DNA of 59,145 nt, filler included, from Sphacelaria rigidula (GCA_964200075.2; 7 parts of 7 records of this genome joined end to end with filler, not necessarily neighbours in it), one strand, 5' to 3'; positions 1-12,165 are shown, numbered from the whole stretch's first letter. The notes: a model not told the origin generated them from the letters alone. A program made the numbers and translations.

Positions 1-922
1 ACCACGCACAAATCGGCACCGGCTGATTTAGACCCACCTCCAGCCGCGTACATCTACCGTCAGTAAAGATGCTGCTGATACTGCTGCTGTTGCTTCTTCT
101 CCTTTTCGTGCGGAGCGCGGTCCGCGTTTCGACCTGCGACAATATCAATACCCCCTTGCGCGTGATTGCCGCCCTCCTTGAAGTCGCTGGTCTGTTCGCG
201 TGCTGTTTTACCGTTTCTGTATCACTCGTTTCCCACCCTAGCATACTCGATTAGAACGGTGCGTGGTTTCTCGTGATGCTGCAACACTGCTGTGTTGTCT
301 TGTGTTGAGTGTAGTACTCTGTACTCGGTACACTACTGCAGAATTGTCTTGTGTTGAGTGTAGTCCCCTGTACTCCATATAATGAGGTCATCGTTTGAGC
401 AGTTTTTCGAAAAGTTCTCGTTTTTTTTAAAGTATTCCGAAAAAGCGAGTGTTTTCTGTCACAGAAATCTTACGCTGAATCTGGAATAGCCTGAGACAAA
501 AACCAATTTGAAAAAGTGGAAAAATATGCGAGAATTTTTTTTCATCGACCAAGTGGTGGAACACACCTCGGTCACGTTGACTTGTGGTCAGCGGTTGTCT
601 TTTGTGTGCGAGAAGTTTCTGCAGTCGAAGTTGGTCTTCGGTATTGTCCACCATTGCTCGACTTTTTTTCCTTTTTCGAGCTGTGGATAGAGACACTGAG
701 GCTGGGTGACCCTATGAAGTGTTTTTTTTTTCATCTGAGTGTACCGCGCGTGTGATCAGATTTTCTTTTGACAGCTACATGGTTAAAAATGGGCGATCTC
801 GTTCACCGCCGCCTAGCCACGATCGGAAGCCACAGGGGTGGATCCGGCATCATGCGATTTACGTCGCCCCATGACTTCCATGTTGCTAATACCCCTTCCT
901 TTTGCTCCTGATGTATCGCCAG

Positions 923-1222
923 ATTTTCATCACATGCAGGGACACTCCGCATCTCGACGGCAAGCACGTGGTGTTCGGGAAGGTGATCGAGGGAATGGAG
1001 GTGGTGAAGGAGATCGAGAATGTGCCCACCACGGCGGACAAGCCCAACGACGACGTGGTGATTGTGGATTGCGGCGAAATTACTACCGATTCGAAGGCTG
1101 CACCGGCACCGGTTGCAGCGGAGAGTGCGGAGAAACAGGCGACGGAGAGCGGAGATGTCGCTACTCCTGTGCCGGTGGATACCGCTTCCGAAGCCCCCCC
1201 GGAGGTGGCCCCCGAGGCTTGA
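923..1222 (+). CDS. Cyclophilin-type peptidyl-prolyl isomerase, terminal exon with an acidic Ala/Pro-rich tail
   Basis: Acceptor cgccag| ends at 922. The exon reads [33 protein letters not shown]...[15 protein letters not shown], the canonical cyclophilin C-terminal motif, then TGA at 1220-1222. Upstream exons were not found in the contig. Confidence 0.95.
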   Translation: MFITCRDTPHLDGKHVVFGKVIEGMEVVKEIENVPTTADKPNDDVVIVDCGEITTDSKAAPAPVAAESAEKQATESGDVATPVPVDTASEAPPEVAPEA

Positions 1223-2258
1223 ACCTGCTGTTCATCAGAGGGTTGTTGAGTGCCTCCAAGTGGTGACTTCTGCCCGATCGTTGATAGGTGGACTGCGGCT
1301 AGCTGTGGTCATTTGTCTAGCGGACAAGTGTTGACTCTTTTGCCTTGTCTCGCGGAGCAAAAGGCCAAGGCGGTTTGTGGGTGATGCACGTGATGGCGGG
1401 TCGTCTCTCGTTTATGCGTTACTCTTACACCCGACGACTGAATTTACCGGTGTTGGGGAATGCAAATCGTAGGAGCGGTCACATGCCGGAGAGTCTTATT
1501 CTTCTATGAGGGTGTGTTTGTTGCTGCAAATCTTGATTGTTGCAAGAGGTTGTGATGAATCATACTGTTAGTGAACTGGTGCTATTTCTTTATCGCTTGG
1601 GGGAAAAAATGAAGAAAAACAAATGTTGGATCTCGACCTGTGCTCGATCGCAGTCTTGGAAGACCTGGAATATCGAATCTGCCGTGTTTGTTCGGGCTGA
1701 ACAATCCTTCCTGCTGGTCAGATTCAGTGCGATCTAAAGAGCAGGGGGCGTACTCATTTGTTGCTTGCCCTAGTTGTCTGACCATTGACCACCAGGGGGG
1801 GAAATAATAGCAATAGCAGCAAGCTGTGATTGAAAATAGTGCGTATGTTTGGTAGCGCTCAGCTGTTCTGGCACATTTTTGTAGGGGAGGGGCCGGCGCC
1901 ATCGCGCGTCGTTGTAGTGCTGAGAGGCGGGAAAAATTGAGGTAATCATGCGGGTTGATCGCTGACCCGTTGTGAAAAGAGTTTCAATATTCCGGAGGAT
2001 ATCCCCGATTCACAGGGTGGAGAGACCTGCCACAGGAATCACGAGCCAGCTGAGCATATGCACCTTGAGCGTACACCTGATGGAAAATGAATCTGCCGGC
2101 CCGTATTAAATGAGTGAATCTCCTCTGATTTGACTTGAAACCCTGAAAAAATGGACATAGCGCCCACTAGTAATTGGCAATGAAGTAGACGTACGCGGGG
2201 AGGAAAAAAGACGATGGTGCGTTCTTTGCATTGTTCCCCCAACCCTTCCTCGAGCATT

Positions 2259-2489
2259 TCACCAGTCTGCTCTTTGAGTGGCGAGAGTTTCCTCGATTTG
2301 AGTAATAACCCCTTCCTCGAAACACTGGCGACCTTCTTTCTCGAACTTGTTGGCTACGGCCAAGTCCAGAAGCACCAAGTTATTGGGCACGCAGCCTGGT
2401 CCTTCCGGAGAAGCATCCCATCGGCACAGCTCCAGGGAGTTAGATCCCAACACTCGCCTGCCGGTAGCGGGGCAGCGACCTCGCCACAC
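2259..2489 (-). CDS. tRNA threonylcarbamoyladenosine dehydratase (TcdA/TCD1-2-like, ThiF family), last exon
   Basis: Acceptor gcccag|GTG. VWRGRCPATG...LELCRWDASPEG...NNLVLLDLAVANKFE resembles the eukaryotic TCD1/2 C-terminal pattern VWRGRS...LxRWD...NLVLxxxxEAxxHE. It joins exon 6767-6943 in phase 0. Confidence 0.75.
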   Translation of the reverse strand: MWRGRCPATGRRVLGSNSLELCRWDASPEGPGCVPNNLVLLDLAVANKFEKEGRQCFEEGVITQIEETLATQRADW

Positions 2490-2645
2490 CTGGGCATTGT
2501 GAAAAAAACAACAGGACGATGATGAACGAAACAATAGATTTCAACATGATGTTATCAAATTTCAGTCATAGCCTGAGGAGTGGCACCGACTTGCTATTGA
2601 TATATTTTCTCAGATACATCTTTTTGTATCCTAGTCTACTATGAG

Positions 2646-2920
2646 CAGCGTTTTCGTGAGATTGAAAATGACTTTGATCATTCGGTTCAACTCAGCCAAT
2701 TTTTTATTCAGTGGGTACTTTCTTTGCCTCTGTCGCTGGCGTGTGCTTACAGCTACACGTCGGTATCCTACTCAGGAATAATAAGAGCCTCAGTGGCAAG
2801 CTACCACAGAAAGCATATTGGGCCTCGTGGAGGGGCATTTCGGAACTAAAACGATCCTTTCACTAATTGACCGCATTTCACTCAATCGTATCCTCTACTC
2901 TCAATGTCACGCAAAAATTG
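2646..2920. mobile_element. hAT-like MITE, copy 1
   Basis: TIR CAGCGTTTTCGTGAGATTGA...TCTCAATGTCACGCAAAAATTG. The internal sequence is clearly homologous to 4207-4502. Confidence 0.7.
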
Positions 2921-3002
2921 TTCATGTTCTGTTCTACTTTCTCTGTTTTCTCAAGTTTTCGCCTGAGATTGTTTCAGTTTTGTTCCATCTCGGGTGCGTC
3001 CA

Positions 3003-3068
3003 TCATGTGACCACGGCTGGATCCCTGGGGGGTCAGGTGAAGTGCGCCAATCAATCAATCAAAAATCA
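3003..3068 (+). mobile_element. 3' end of a non-LTR retroposon (LINE/SINE) with an (AATC)n tail
   Basis: catgtgaccacggctggatccctggggggtcaggtgaagtgcgcc followed by aatcaatcaatc. A homologous inverted copy lies at 56515-56570. Confidence 0.6.
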
Positions 3069-3211
3069 CACTGTCAGACAGGTTACGGTGGTGCGGCACA
3101 TTGGAGCAAACTGGAATCAAGTAAGAAAAGCCGCGACTGCGTCGTTCATGTCATGTCGAAATTCTGTCAGCTGCTTGCTGTGCAAAATGCATACCTCGTA
3201 GTACAATTTTC

Positions 3212-3768
3212 TAAGGTTGAGTCCTGTAGGGCATGAGATTCCTTCCAGAACTCACGGAACTGCCGGGTACCGGTATGGAAGTCTTGCAGAATTTACACAA
3301 CTGTTGGGTACCGGTATAAAAGTCGTACAGAGTTTCCAGAACTTGTCGGGTACGGTATAGGAGGCTTACAGAAAACCGGTACCGGCAATCGGGTAACTCT
3401 TGTAGGGCATACCCACCCCTCGGGTTAGGGTAAGGTTTTTGTACAGAAATCACAGAACTGTCGGGTGAGGGTATGGGAGGCTTACAGAACTCACGGAAAC
3501 TATCGGGTACGGTATGGATGTTGCACAGAAAACCGTACCCGAAACCGGGTATCTTATCAAGAGAATAACCGTGCCCCCCGGTAACGGTACGGGAGGCTTA
3601 CAGAACTCACAGGGCTATCGGGTACAGGTATGAAGGTCTTGCAGAGATTGCAGAGCTGTCGGGTACAGGTATGGAAATCTTACAGAGTTTACACAACTGT
3701 CGGGTACGGTAAATACCCGGGAAAGATCCCGGGTATACAGAAACCTAACCATACAAAACACGACCTTG
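3212..3768. mobile_element. TIR-bounded non-autonomous element filled with an ACAGAAC(T)/GTCGGGTAC minisatellite
   Basis: Ends are AAGGTTGAGTCCTGTA and TACAAAACACGACCTT. Inside are many imperfect repeats of ttacagaactcacagaactgtcgggtacggta. Confidence 0.7.
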
Positions 3769-4206
3769 GTAATTATCATAACCCCTGTAGTGGGACCTAC
3801 GTCACTACAACGGTGGCGAAATACAGATGACAGTTCACGAAAACTCTAAAAAGCTTCACGGGGTTGACAGAGAAAGATTACACGAACACTCAGTAGTAGA
3901 TGTGCACGGGGTCGTCAACATCTACCGGCTTCACTTACACCCCCAGAGAGTACATGAAGGAGCATTAACGACTGCCCGCTCTTTGGAAGTCCTTCGGCAT
4001 CCGACAAAATCGCCCACGGCCTTGACGACTTTCGATGGCAGCTCATACTCTGTGCTGTACATTTCGATAACGGCCTGGGGTTTGATGACCACGACACAAG
4101 CACCATCAACGTCGATGACGCGCGTCTCGCTATTTGATCCTCTGGTGGCGCAGATGAACTGTCCCCGCTCGAGCCACCACTCGAGTCTGGGGGTGATCCA
4201 TTCTGA

Positions 4207-4502
4207 CAACGTTTCCGTGAGATTGAGAGTAAAGCGCTGATTGAGAGTGGTTTTGACCATTCGCTTCATCTTAGCCAATTGTTCATTCCGTGAGTGCTTT
4301 TCTTTGCCTCCGTCACTGGCGTGTGCTTACAGGTACACGTCAATATCCTACCCAGAGATATTAAGGGCCTCAGTGGCAAGCTACGACAGAAAGCATATCG
4401 GGCCTCGTGGAGGGGCATTTCGGAACTAAAACGACTCATTCATTAATTGACCGCGTTTCACTTTCAATCGTACCCTCCACTCTAAATATCACGAAAATGT
4501 TG
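4207..4502. mobile_element. hAT-like MITE, copy 2, with a target-site duplication
   Basis: Same family as 2646-2920. It is flanked by attctgac / tttctgac (7 of 8 identical), consistent with an 8-bp hAT TSD. Confidence 0.75.
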
Positions 4503-4671
4503 TTTCTGACGTTCTGCAGTGCTGCTCATGTTTTATGTTTCACTCAGCGGTACCTCGTATCCCGTCAGATCCCACACTAAAGAACTGTTAAACATTGAAA
4601 TATTGTTGGTGTGCACTTTTAAATGAAGGAGTTGGGTAGGTTGATCGATGGAAGGTACATGTTCAGGTCAT

Positions 4672-5242
4672 GAGGTTGTGTTTGGATTGAACCTATATCC
4701 GTACCTCCCTAAGGTATGTACGCCGGTGCCCATACCTGCAATCGGGTATACCTATAACGGTATACCCTAACCGGGTTGGGGGATGGGAAGCTTACAGAGC
4801 TCATAGAACTGTCGGGTAACGGTACTGGATCAAAGTCTTACATAACTTTCAGAACTTGTCGGGTATGGTATCGGAGGCTTACAGAAAACCGGTGCCGGCA
4901 ATCGGGTATTTCTTCAAGAGAATACCCGCGCTCCGGGTACGGGTAAACATTGTGTACAGAACTCACAGAACTGTCGGGTAAGGGTATGGGAGACTTACAA
5001 AAACTACAGAACTGTTGGGTACGGTATGGAGGTTGCATAGAAAACCGTACCCGCAACAGGGTATCTTATCAAGGGCGTACCCGTGCCCCCCCGGTACCGG
5101 TACGGGAGTCTTACAGAGATTACAGAACTGTCGGGTACCGGTATGAAAGTCTTACAGAAGTCACAGAACTGTCGGGGACGGTAAATACCCGGGGAAATAC
5201 CCCGAGTGTACAGAAAACCGTACCCTACAGAACACAACCTTG
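4672..5242. mobile_element. Second copy of the minisatellite-filled TIR element
   Basis: Ends are GAGGTTGTGTT and AACACAACCTTG, with the same internal repeat units as 3212-3768. Confidence 0.7.
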
Positions 5243-6766
5243 CAATTTTTGGCTGCTATTTCTCCTACCCGCCTGGCGTGAAAATATCCACATACCCGGC
5301 TGGAAAGCAAAACCAAGATTTCTTCCAGGCAAGCACCCTGTTTCGGTGCGCGAGAACGCGATATTTTAGACGCAAGGTTAATGTGTTGGAACCGTGACAG
5401 ATCAGTTGCATGGGGTGGCCATTTCTGCGTTTTTCGAGGGAGGCTTGCACACTGCTTGTGCTGGCTTCATTTGGGAAAGTTCGCATGTCGAGGTGTCCAC
5501 CCCCAACAGGTAGCTGAGCACATCCGACCAGGGACTCACGACATACCGCACTTCATCTGTCTGCAGCCGAATAGCTGGGGCAACTCGGCACACACGCCCA
5601 TCTATCCGTGACAGCTTGTGTAACGAAACGTCGCGACGGAGACTCGTCTTGGCAGTAAGTACGATCGGAGAGGGGACTCATCTGATGGCAAAAGGGTTCT
5701 CTATTTTCTGTGTTCGGGTAAGTGGTATGGTTTCATCCGGGATAGGGCGGGTCTGAAAGCAAAGAGTAGTTCACCGCTGATTGAATCACAGCCGTGCTGT
5801 GCCCTTAGCGGCCAGGCCATGACCTCAGAAACAGTCAGCGAACAAGCACGTGTCGACAATCTAGAGTGGTGACAGTACGGCATCTGCACCGCAACATTCC
5901 TCTTTTGATACGGAGACTTGACGCTAGCGCAATGGTCGTGGCCCATGAGTTGTACTCGTGGCGATTTAGGCTTCGCGTACTGTCCGACAACCACAAGTAC
6001 AGCACTTTGTCGAGTGCAGACAACAACAGTGTCCTACTTGTGGGCCGGGTCCACACCACGACTAACACCTGCGCATCACACCAAATATCAGCGACCGACT
6101 ACGCTGCTATGAATTCAGGATTGCCTGCTGGTCTGCTTTCACTTTGCATGGAGTAGTTCGTTCAGGTACAGTGTGCAGGAGATGAAGCGTGCGGGAGGTC
6201 GCCTCTCTTTTCCAACTACAATATGGTCAACTATTCCGCATCAAACCTGTACATCATGTAGGCAGAATATGTGCCCAGCAGACGGTGCAGAAACAGTGCA
6301 GTGCAACAAGAGTGTACCATTGCATGTGCTACTTCTGTATTCCTGGCGGATGATGTCCACTTTCAGGAGAACGTGAAACCACAGTAACTCGTATTGAATG
6401 AACCCCTTCAAAAACTGCTGGATTTATCGTATATTGTACCGCTCAAGTCTGAGTGCGACATCTTGTAGACATCACAGGACATTTCATCAGTATAGCCGAC
6501 GCACGCAGGGCGGACTGGCAAGTCTTGAGCTCACGCTACTCTTGATACGAACGGGAAAGGGGGAAATACGCCAACACCCTCCAACCCGGCACCAGCGTGC
6601 GTCAACAGCTTGGACCATGATATCCCACATGAGTGGGAAAGCACATAAAAAGCGCTGCGGAAAAGGTGGCGGTCAGCATCTGCAGTTCAATCGCCGTCAG
6701 CCGTCTAAGAGTACCGAAATATAGTTGCGACAGACGTTAAAAATTCGATAACTCGTATCCACGCAC

Positions 6767-6943
6767 CTGGTTGACAATATATTCTAGCAGTCCCTCATCC
6801 ACAGGTGGCCAGCCGCTTCCATGGACCCGTTGCTCCCTTGATCTCAGCCTCTGAAGCATTTTGTGCCGAAGCTTGCTCGACATGTGACACGCCAGCACCG
6901 GGCTGAAGGGCTTACCGCCGAGCTCGCACAGGATCCAACACGC
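6767..6943 (-). CDS. TcdA/TCD1-2-like gene, penultimate exon
   Basis: atcgcag|GCG ... AACCAG|gtgcgt, 177 bp. ACWILCELGGKPFSP...KMLQRLRSREQR...GLLEYIVNQ splices to VWRGR, matching the AxYVLCELAGxP...YLVEEVWRG arrangement of TCD proteins. Confidence 0.75.
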
Positions 6944-7075
6944 CTGCGATGTGCAGTATTGGATTGAACGATTGGAGTGAACGAGGTCCTTCAACAAAGG
7001 AGGGGGGAAGCAAATAAATTTCATGCATTGCCTTCCTTCGCTGTACGCACATTTCCACGGTTCGGACGAATCATC

Positions 7076-7212
7076 CACACCCTGGACGATAGATTCCATT
7101 GTCAAAAAATGTACTGCGTACAGTATAGAATCTATTGTCTATTGCAATAGGCGCAATAGTCGATAATGTACGCAGTATACTTTTGACTGTGTATTCTATT
7201 GTCCAGGGTATG
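7076..7212. mobile_element. Hairpin MITE, CACACCCTGGAC family
   Basis: cacaccctggacgatag...ctattgtccagggtatg. Related copies are at 12213-12351 and 39674-39842. Confidence 0.65.
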
Positions 7213-7699
7213 GGATCATCGCCGGTTCGAATCACCAAATCCACGATTTCTTGGGCCTGATTGATCAAAAGAGGGGGAAAAAGTCGACCGCTGGCCAAAC
7301 AGGTCTCCACGCAACCTTTGCGCCATTCCACGTGCCTGGGCTTCGCGTACCTTGGTTGCAACGCTGAAAACGAAGCGTCAGGATTGATTCGTACCGTACG
7401 AATCAATCACACTAAAGTCAAGTAATTTACGCACGAATCATCAATACGTCCGACCGTTGCATATTTCGAATGTTTTTAGGGCCGGATCTCCTAAGAGTAG
7501 GGCGAGGCGTGCACTGCGCCAAGTTGATAGAGGGTTTAAGTGAGTCGGACCCCCATACTGCCTTGAGCAAAGCTTGCGAACGCTCGAGACGCCTACCCCA
7601 CATGACTGCCGGGAGACAGTCTGGCCGAGCCTCCGGGTAATCAGCACACGAACTCGCTTGCGGGGTAAGTGTTGGGTCAGGTTTCCTCCTTCCTCCAAG

Positions 7700-7792
7700 A
7701 AAAAAGCTCCGTCTCGAAAGGGATGCGTGGTCAATGGTCACACGACTAAGGCAAGCAACAAATGAGCCCCCCCCCCCCCCCCCCCCCCCCCC
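7700..7792 (+). mobile_element. Retroposon-like 3' end terminating in poly(C)
   Basis: gtggtcaatggtcacacgactaaggcaagcaacaaatgag followed by a long C run. The inverted motif occurs at ~1745-1793, 23113-23168 and 34016-34070. Confidence 0.6.
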
Positions 7793-8365
7793 AAGGAAAA
7801 AAAATCGAATGCCCCGGAGGGCGACGCTACATCACGTCGGATGACCATCGGTACAGCTTCATCTTGATGCACACGCTTGTTTGGCGATGCCGCCCTGATT
7901 GATATTACTACTGGGTACTGCGGCTAGCGCCAAATCCACTGAACCAACTACAATCAAGAGTCATGCTACGATAAGATTTTTTTTCCTTGAAGGAAGGAGG
8001 AGGGGGGGGGGGCTTGCTCCCATGAAAAGCAGGGCTCATATGTGTGTGTGAGATGACCCAACACACTCCCAACACACTCGCAATGAGCTTGTTATTTATT
8101 ATTCTTATTCTTATTCTTATTCTTATTTTTGTATCACGTGGAAACGGCGTCAAGCAGTATGAATGACCGTGTCTTATTGGTAACAAGCACGTTCGAACCA
8201 AAGTCGCTGCTCTCAACGACGGTTTGAGGTGAAATTTCGTGGGGAAAATGGGCCAAAATACCCCTCCCCCCCTACCGTGGCGATACCCGAAAATGAAGCA
8301 GCTCATTGTAGGCTGTCATCCGAATGTAAAATAATCAGTAGGCTTCGGGCCGAACAATCTTAGCG

Positions 8366-8465
8366 NNNNNNNNNNNNNNNNNNNNNNNNNNNNNNNNNNN
8401 NNNNNNNNNTTAATTAATTAANNNNNNNNNNNNNNNNNNNNNNNNNNNNNNNNNNNNNNNNNNNN
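8366..8465. other. Artificial contig linker (N44-TTAATTAATTAA-N44)
   Basis: A 100-nt spacer carrying stops in all six frames. Identical linkers are at 16831-16930, 25295-25394, 33758-33857, 42221-42320 and 50684-50783. Confidence 0.99.
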
Positions 8466-8895
8466 CTCCAAATATTGGCCGGCGCATCCGCCTGCAAACG
8501 TTCATGCAGCCTCTAGGCTGGCCCAGCTCGTACTGATTATGCATTTTCGTGTTTTTTTTCAACTCGACTGGGGCAAGCAACAACATCTAGTGGGTGTTGT
8601 CTTGTAATTTTGATTTATTTTTCAGATTTTATTCTCGCACCCTTGTCAAAAAAATGGAAATCTATCTTCGGAGACATATGGAATCAGTTTTAATGCGATT
8701 TACGAGCTGGGCCAGCCTAGAGGCGGATTTGAAGTTTGCAGGCCCATGCTCTTTCATACATTTAGAGTTGGACCCTGAGATTTGGTATGGACAATAAATA
8801 GGGCATGAAAAAAAAGCACCTCGGTACCAAAAGTTTTTTTTTTTCATGAGTGGAAGGCATTTTACTGATACCTGAAAACTGATTATTGCCCTTAA
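8466..8895. mobile_element. Long-TIR non-autonomous DNA element fragment
   Basis: ctctaggctggcccagctcgta (~8511-8532) is inverted with tacgagctgggccagcctagag (8701-8722). The segment is homologous to 10540-10830. Confidence 0.55.
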
Positions 8896-10539
8896 CCCTT
8901 AGACGACGAGCGTCGCCTCGGAACAGTTGTACAGGCTGACAGTTCCGAGACATCCAGGGGTTTCCAGAGCTCGGGGGGGGTGGTTTTGGAGGGGGGGGAT
9001 GTCTGTACGCAGAGCACCGGAGAAGCTCACGGAGTCAACCATGGGTGTTTGAAACTATCCTGCGGAAAATTATGAGCCGTGCCCGAGGCCCGAAAGGCGC
9101 GGGATGACCATTCTGATCAATCACGGTCGTCAAAATTAGCACTTTTGTTACGGTAGAGGTAGACACCTGGTGGATACATTCGCTGTCTACCCTCATAACC
9201 CATTTTGATCATTCCTGATCAACCATATATGATAAAACCAACACGCAGGTGTTTGAGCATCTTCGGTACACTGCTGTGTCTGTCTGTTCAGTACTGCCTG
9301 AGCGTCGTACTAGCTCCACACCTCCATCTGGAATCAAACGTCATGGCGCAACACGCGAGCGGCGGCCACGAGTACCCGACGCACGTAGATGTAGACAAGT
9401 ACTGTACTTGGACGGTAAGGCGACCGCCATCGCCGAGCAATTGCTCTACGGTAGTCAGGGGCGTTCGCGGCGGTAGTCATCGTGCGATATCCAAACGCAT
9501 GCTGCGTACACTCGGCACGTTAAACACTGTAAGATCCAGTACGATGCAGACCGCACGTGCAGCCGCGACACGATACACTACAGACTGCACAGCAAAAATA
9601 TGACGCGTAATAATCAGGTGGTCAACAACCACACCACCGTCTAGTACCTCTTATGCACTCCCGGTCCCTCCCGCTGTGGAGTAGGCGTTTTGAGCTGTGA
9701 CGAAGGAATGATTCTGGACCCAAAAAGTGTAGTGTCTACCTCAGTTTACCAGCGGGGGAGTCGCTGTATAAGGGTCAAACTCCATGTCTAGTAACTCCTA
9801 TACCCAAGGGAGATGGCGTCCATACTAAAATCTCCATGAAACCCCCGATCGATGCATGCAGCGAATGACCACGAATTTTGGTGTGAACTTTCCCTGGAGC
9901 GTGGGGGGACGACATATACCGTCATCTTCACCTGATTCGTAGTCTATATCGAGATGTGGCGCACATACGTTTCCATACCAAAATCAGTATATTACGAGCA
10001 GATGCGCTCGATTAACCCAACCTGGATATTGCCTCTCAGTTTTTGAGAGTTGGGCTATAAAATTTCGTATGGAGAACCGCTGATGCGTAGTAAAGCTTCT
10101 ACACACAGCTTTTTCAGTTTTTTCGTTCCTTCTTCATTTTTTTTCGGGTTTTGGGGCAGTTTTGAGGAGAAATGAACACTGCTTTTGGGCCTTATCTCAA
10201 CTTTTTAGCACAATTTTTGGAATTGTAATTTGAAACTCAGGATACGGAACCACAGAGGTATGCTGAATGAAAAAAAAGGGCACTCAGTTTTTTTTTGAGA
10301 GAGAGGTTCGGGCGTTCTCGTAAAACAATGGCGGTTTACCTACTAAAACGCCCTAAACCAGTGAAAAAAGAAAAAGAAAAAAATGACTCACTTTGTATCG
10401 TCAAGTATGCCCAGCCACGGCCCACAAAAAGTTTCAATATACAAACACCAAACGTGGGCCGGTAAGTGGTCTGCAAAATACTGATCCGAATTTCTTTTGA
10501 CCTCATCACTATATGGCCCATTACACGGCCAACACTCGA

Positions 10540-10830
10540 AGTTGAACGCTGGAATTTGGTGTGGACCATGAATAGGGCATAATAAAAAAAAATGCGAGTG
10601 GACACAAGGGTTTTTTTTCATGAGTTAAGGGCAAATTCAGTTTTCAGATATCGGGAAAATGCCCCCGACTCATGGAAAAAAGAAAAAAACCTTGAGTGCA
10701 CTTGTAATTTTTTCATTATGCCCTAGTCATCGCCCATACCGAATTTCAGGGTCCAACTCTAAATATTGGCAGTATAATGGGCCTGCAAAGTACAGAATCG
10801 CTACTCAACTGGCCCAGCTCGTACTTTTTC
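10540..10830. mobile_element. Two inverted arms of the same long-TIR element
   Basis: tagggcataat...caagggttttttttcatgagt is inverted with actcatggaaaaa...ccttgag...attatgcccta. It shares gggtccaactctaaat and tggcccagctcgtac with 8466-8895. Confidence 0.55.
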
Positions 10831-11949
10831 CACGCGAAATTGAAGCCGATTCAACAATCTTCAGTATGCCCGTCGTGAAAGGGTTCACCCCGAACGTGGC
10901 GAGTCCGAGGGTTGAATCATTCTTGAAAATGTTGTGAGGGCTCGGGAACAGTCAACAGATTGCGAAAGGGGACGACAAATGGTTTTGCATTGAGTGGGCT
11001 ATCACTTATTTTCAGCGTGATTTTTACTGCATCATCTCCACGTGACGGGGCCGTGAAGTCGATTTCATCTTGCAATTTGCATCTTTGCACGCGTGCGCTT
11101 CGGCAGAGGTCGCATCATATGCTGCACATGGTTCCTTCATCACACCCAAAAGTGGAGAGCGACAACGTCTTGGGTACATAACGTTCGACTTGACGGCCGA
11201 CGAGAGAACTGGGGCGCGGAACACTTCACGAGCCGGAAAATGAGGCAAGCACCGCAGAAGGAAGGTGGAGTGCTGAAACAAAAGAAAAGAATAAATCATG
11301 TGTTGACCTTCCTCCCGTGAGGCCCCGGCAGATACGTCCACATACACCGGAAGGTGTAGACTGGCGCCCAGATTAGATGAGATGCCAATACACACGCACA
11401 TCCTGGGCGCTCGCCGGGTGGACACTCGGAACTGAAGGCTCCGTTACAGATTGGAGTCAAAATGTAAAAAGCGGATTGATCAACATCCTCCACCACCAAT
11501 GTGAATATAGATCTTCTGCAGAGTTATGTTAAAAGTGAGGACATGTAGTACATGTTAAACAGAAGACCCACCCTGGTGGCTTTCACCGCGTGGATGGGTC
11601 ACCCGTTAATCGCTTACCCCGCCACGGTGGATCACCTGCTCACCTCCAGTGAAATTTACCACAATTTCGGTGAAAATAAGCGATCATCGAATATGCACTT
11701 GGTTCAAGTCTAAACCATCCTACTCAAACTTCACAGGTCACACGGTCACAAGCGCTCGAAGCTGGGGCAGGGAGCATGCGCAGCATTCGTTTCGTTTCGC
11801 TTTGGCTATTGCGAGCGCTAAGGCGCAAATTGGTGCCACAAGATACCTTGTGAAGATCACTGTTGTGGGCATTTCCCTTGCCCGCGGGTTCTCAGCCCGC
11901 CCGAATCATGCAAAGTATGAGATAAAAAACGCGAAATTTTGTCGAACTC

Positions 11950-12165
11950 GGGGTAATGGGTTCAGGATTAATCAATCAGGTGAAAGTGATGAGTTCACAA
12001 GTGTGGTTCAGAATGGGTTCAGGCTCAATTTTTCAGGGAAAATTGATGCCGATTCAACAAATGACCCCTTCCCGCAGTGAAGGGACACCCTTTCGACTCC
12101 CAGCGTGGAGTGATCTGGATCTTGGACACATTTTTCAAGTGAAGGTGATGCTGACACAACAGATG
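11950..12165 (+). repeat. Imperfect tandem repeat (aatgggttcagg...gtgaa..tgatg..gattcaacaa)
   Basis: At least three related units, with further relatives near 10835-10860 and 12580-12620. Confidence 0.5.

Noticed and set aside
5440-5560. Exon-like segment TDEVRYVVSPWSDVLSYLLGVD in the TCD-like intron (- strand)
   Set aside because: The two TCD-like exons already join seamlessly, the donor is weak and I recognise no homology.
8410-8421. TTAATTAATTAA as a biological motif
   Set aside because: It is identical in all six gaps and is an artificial linker.
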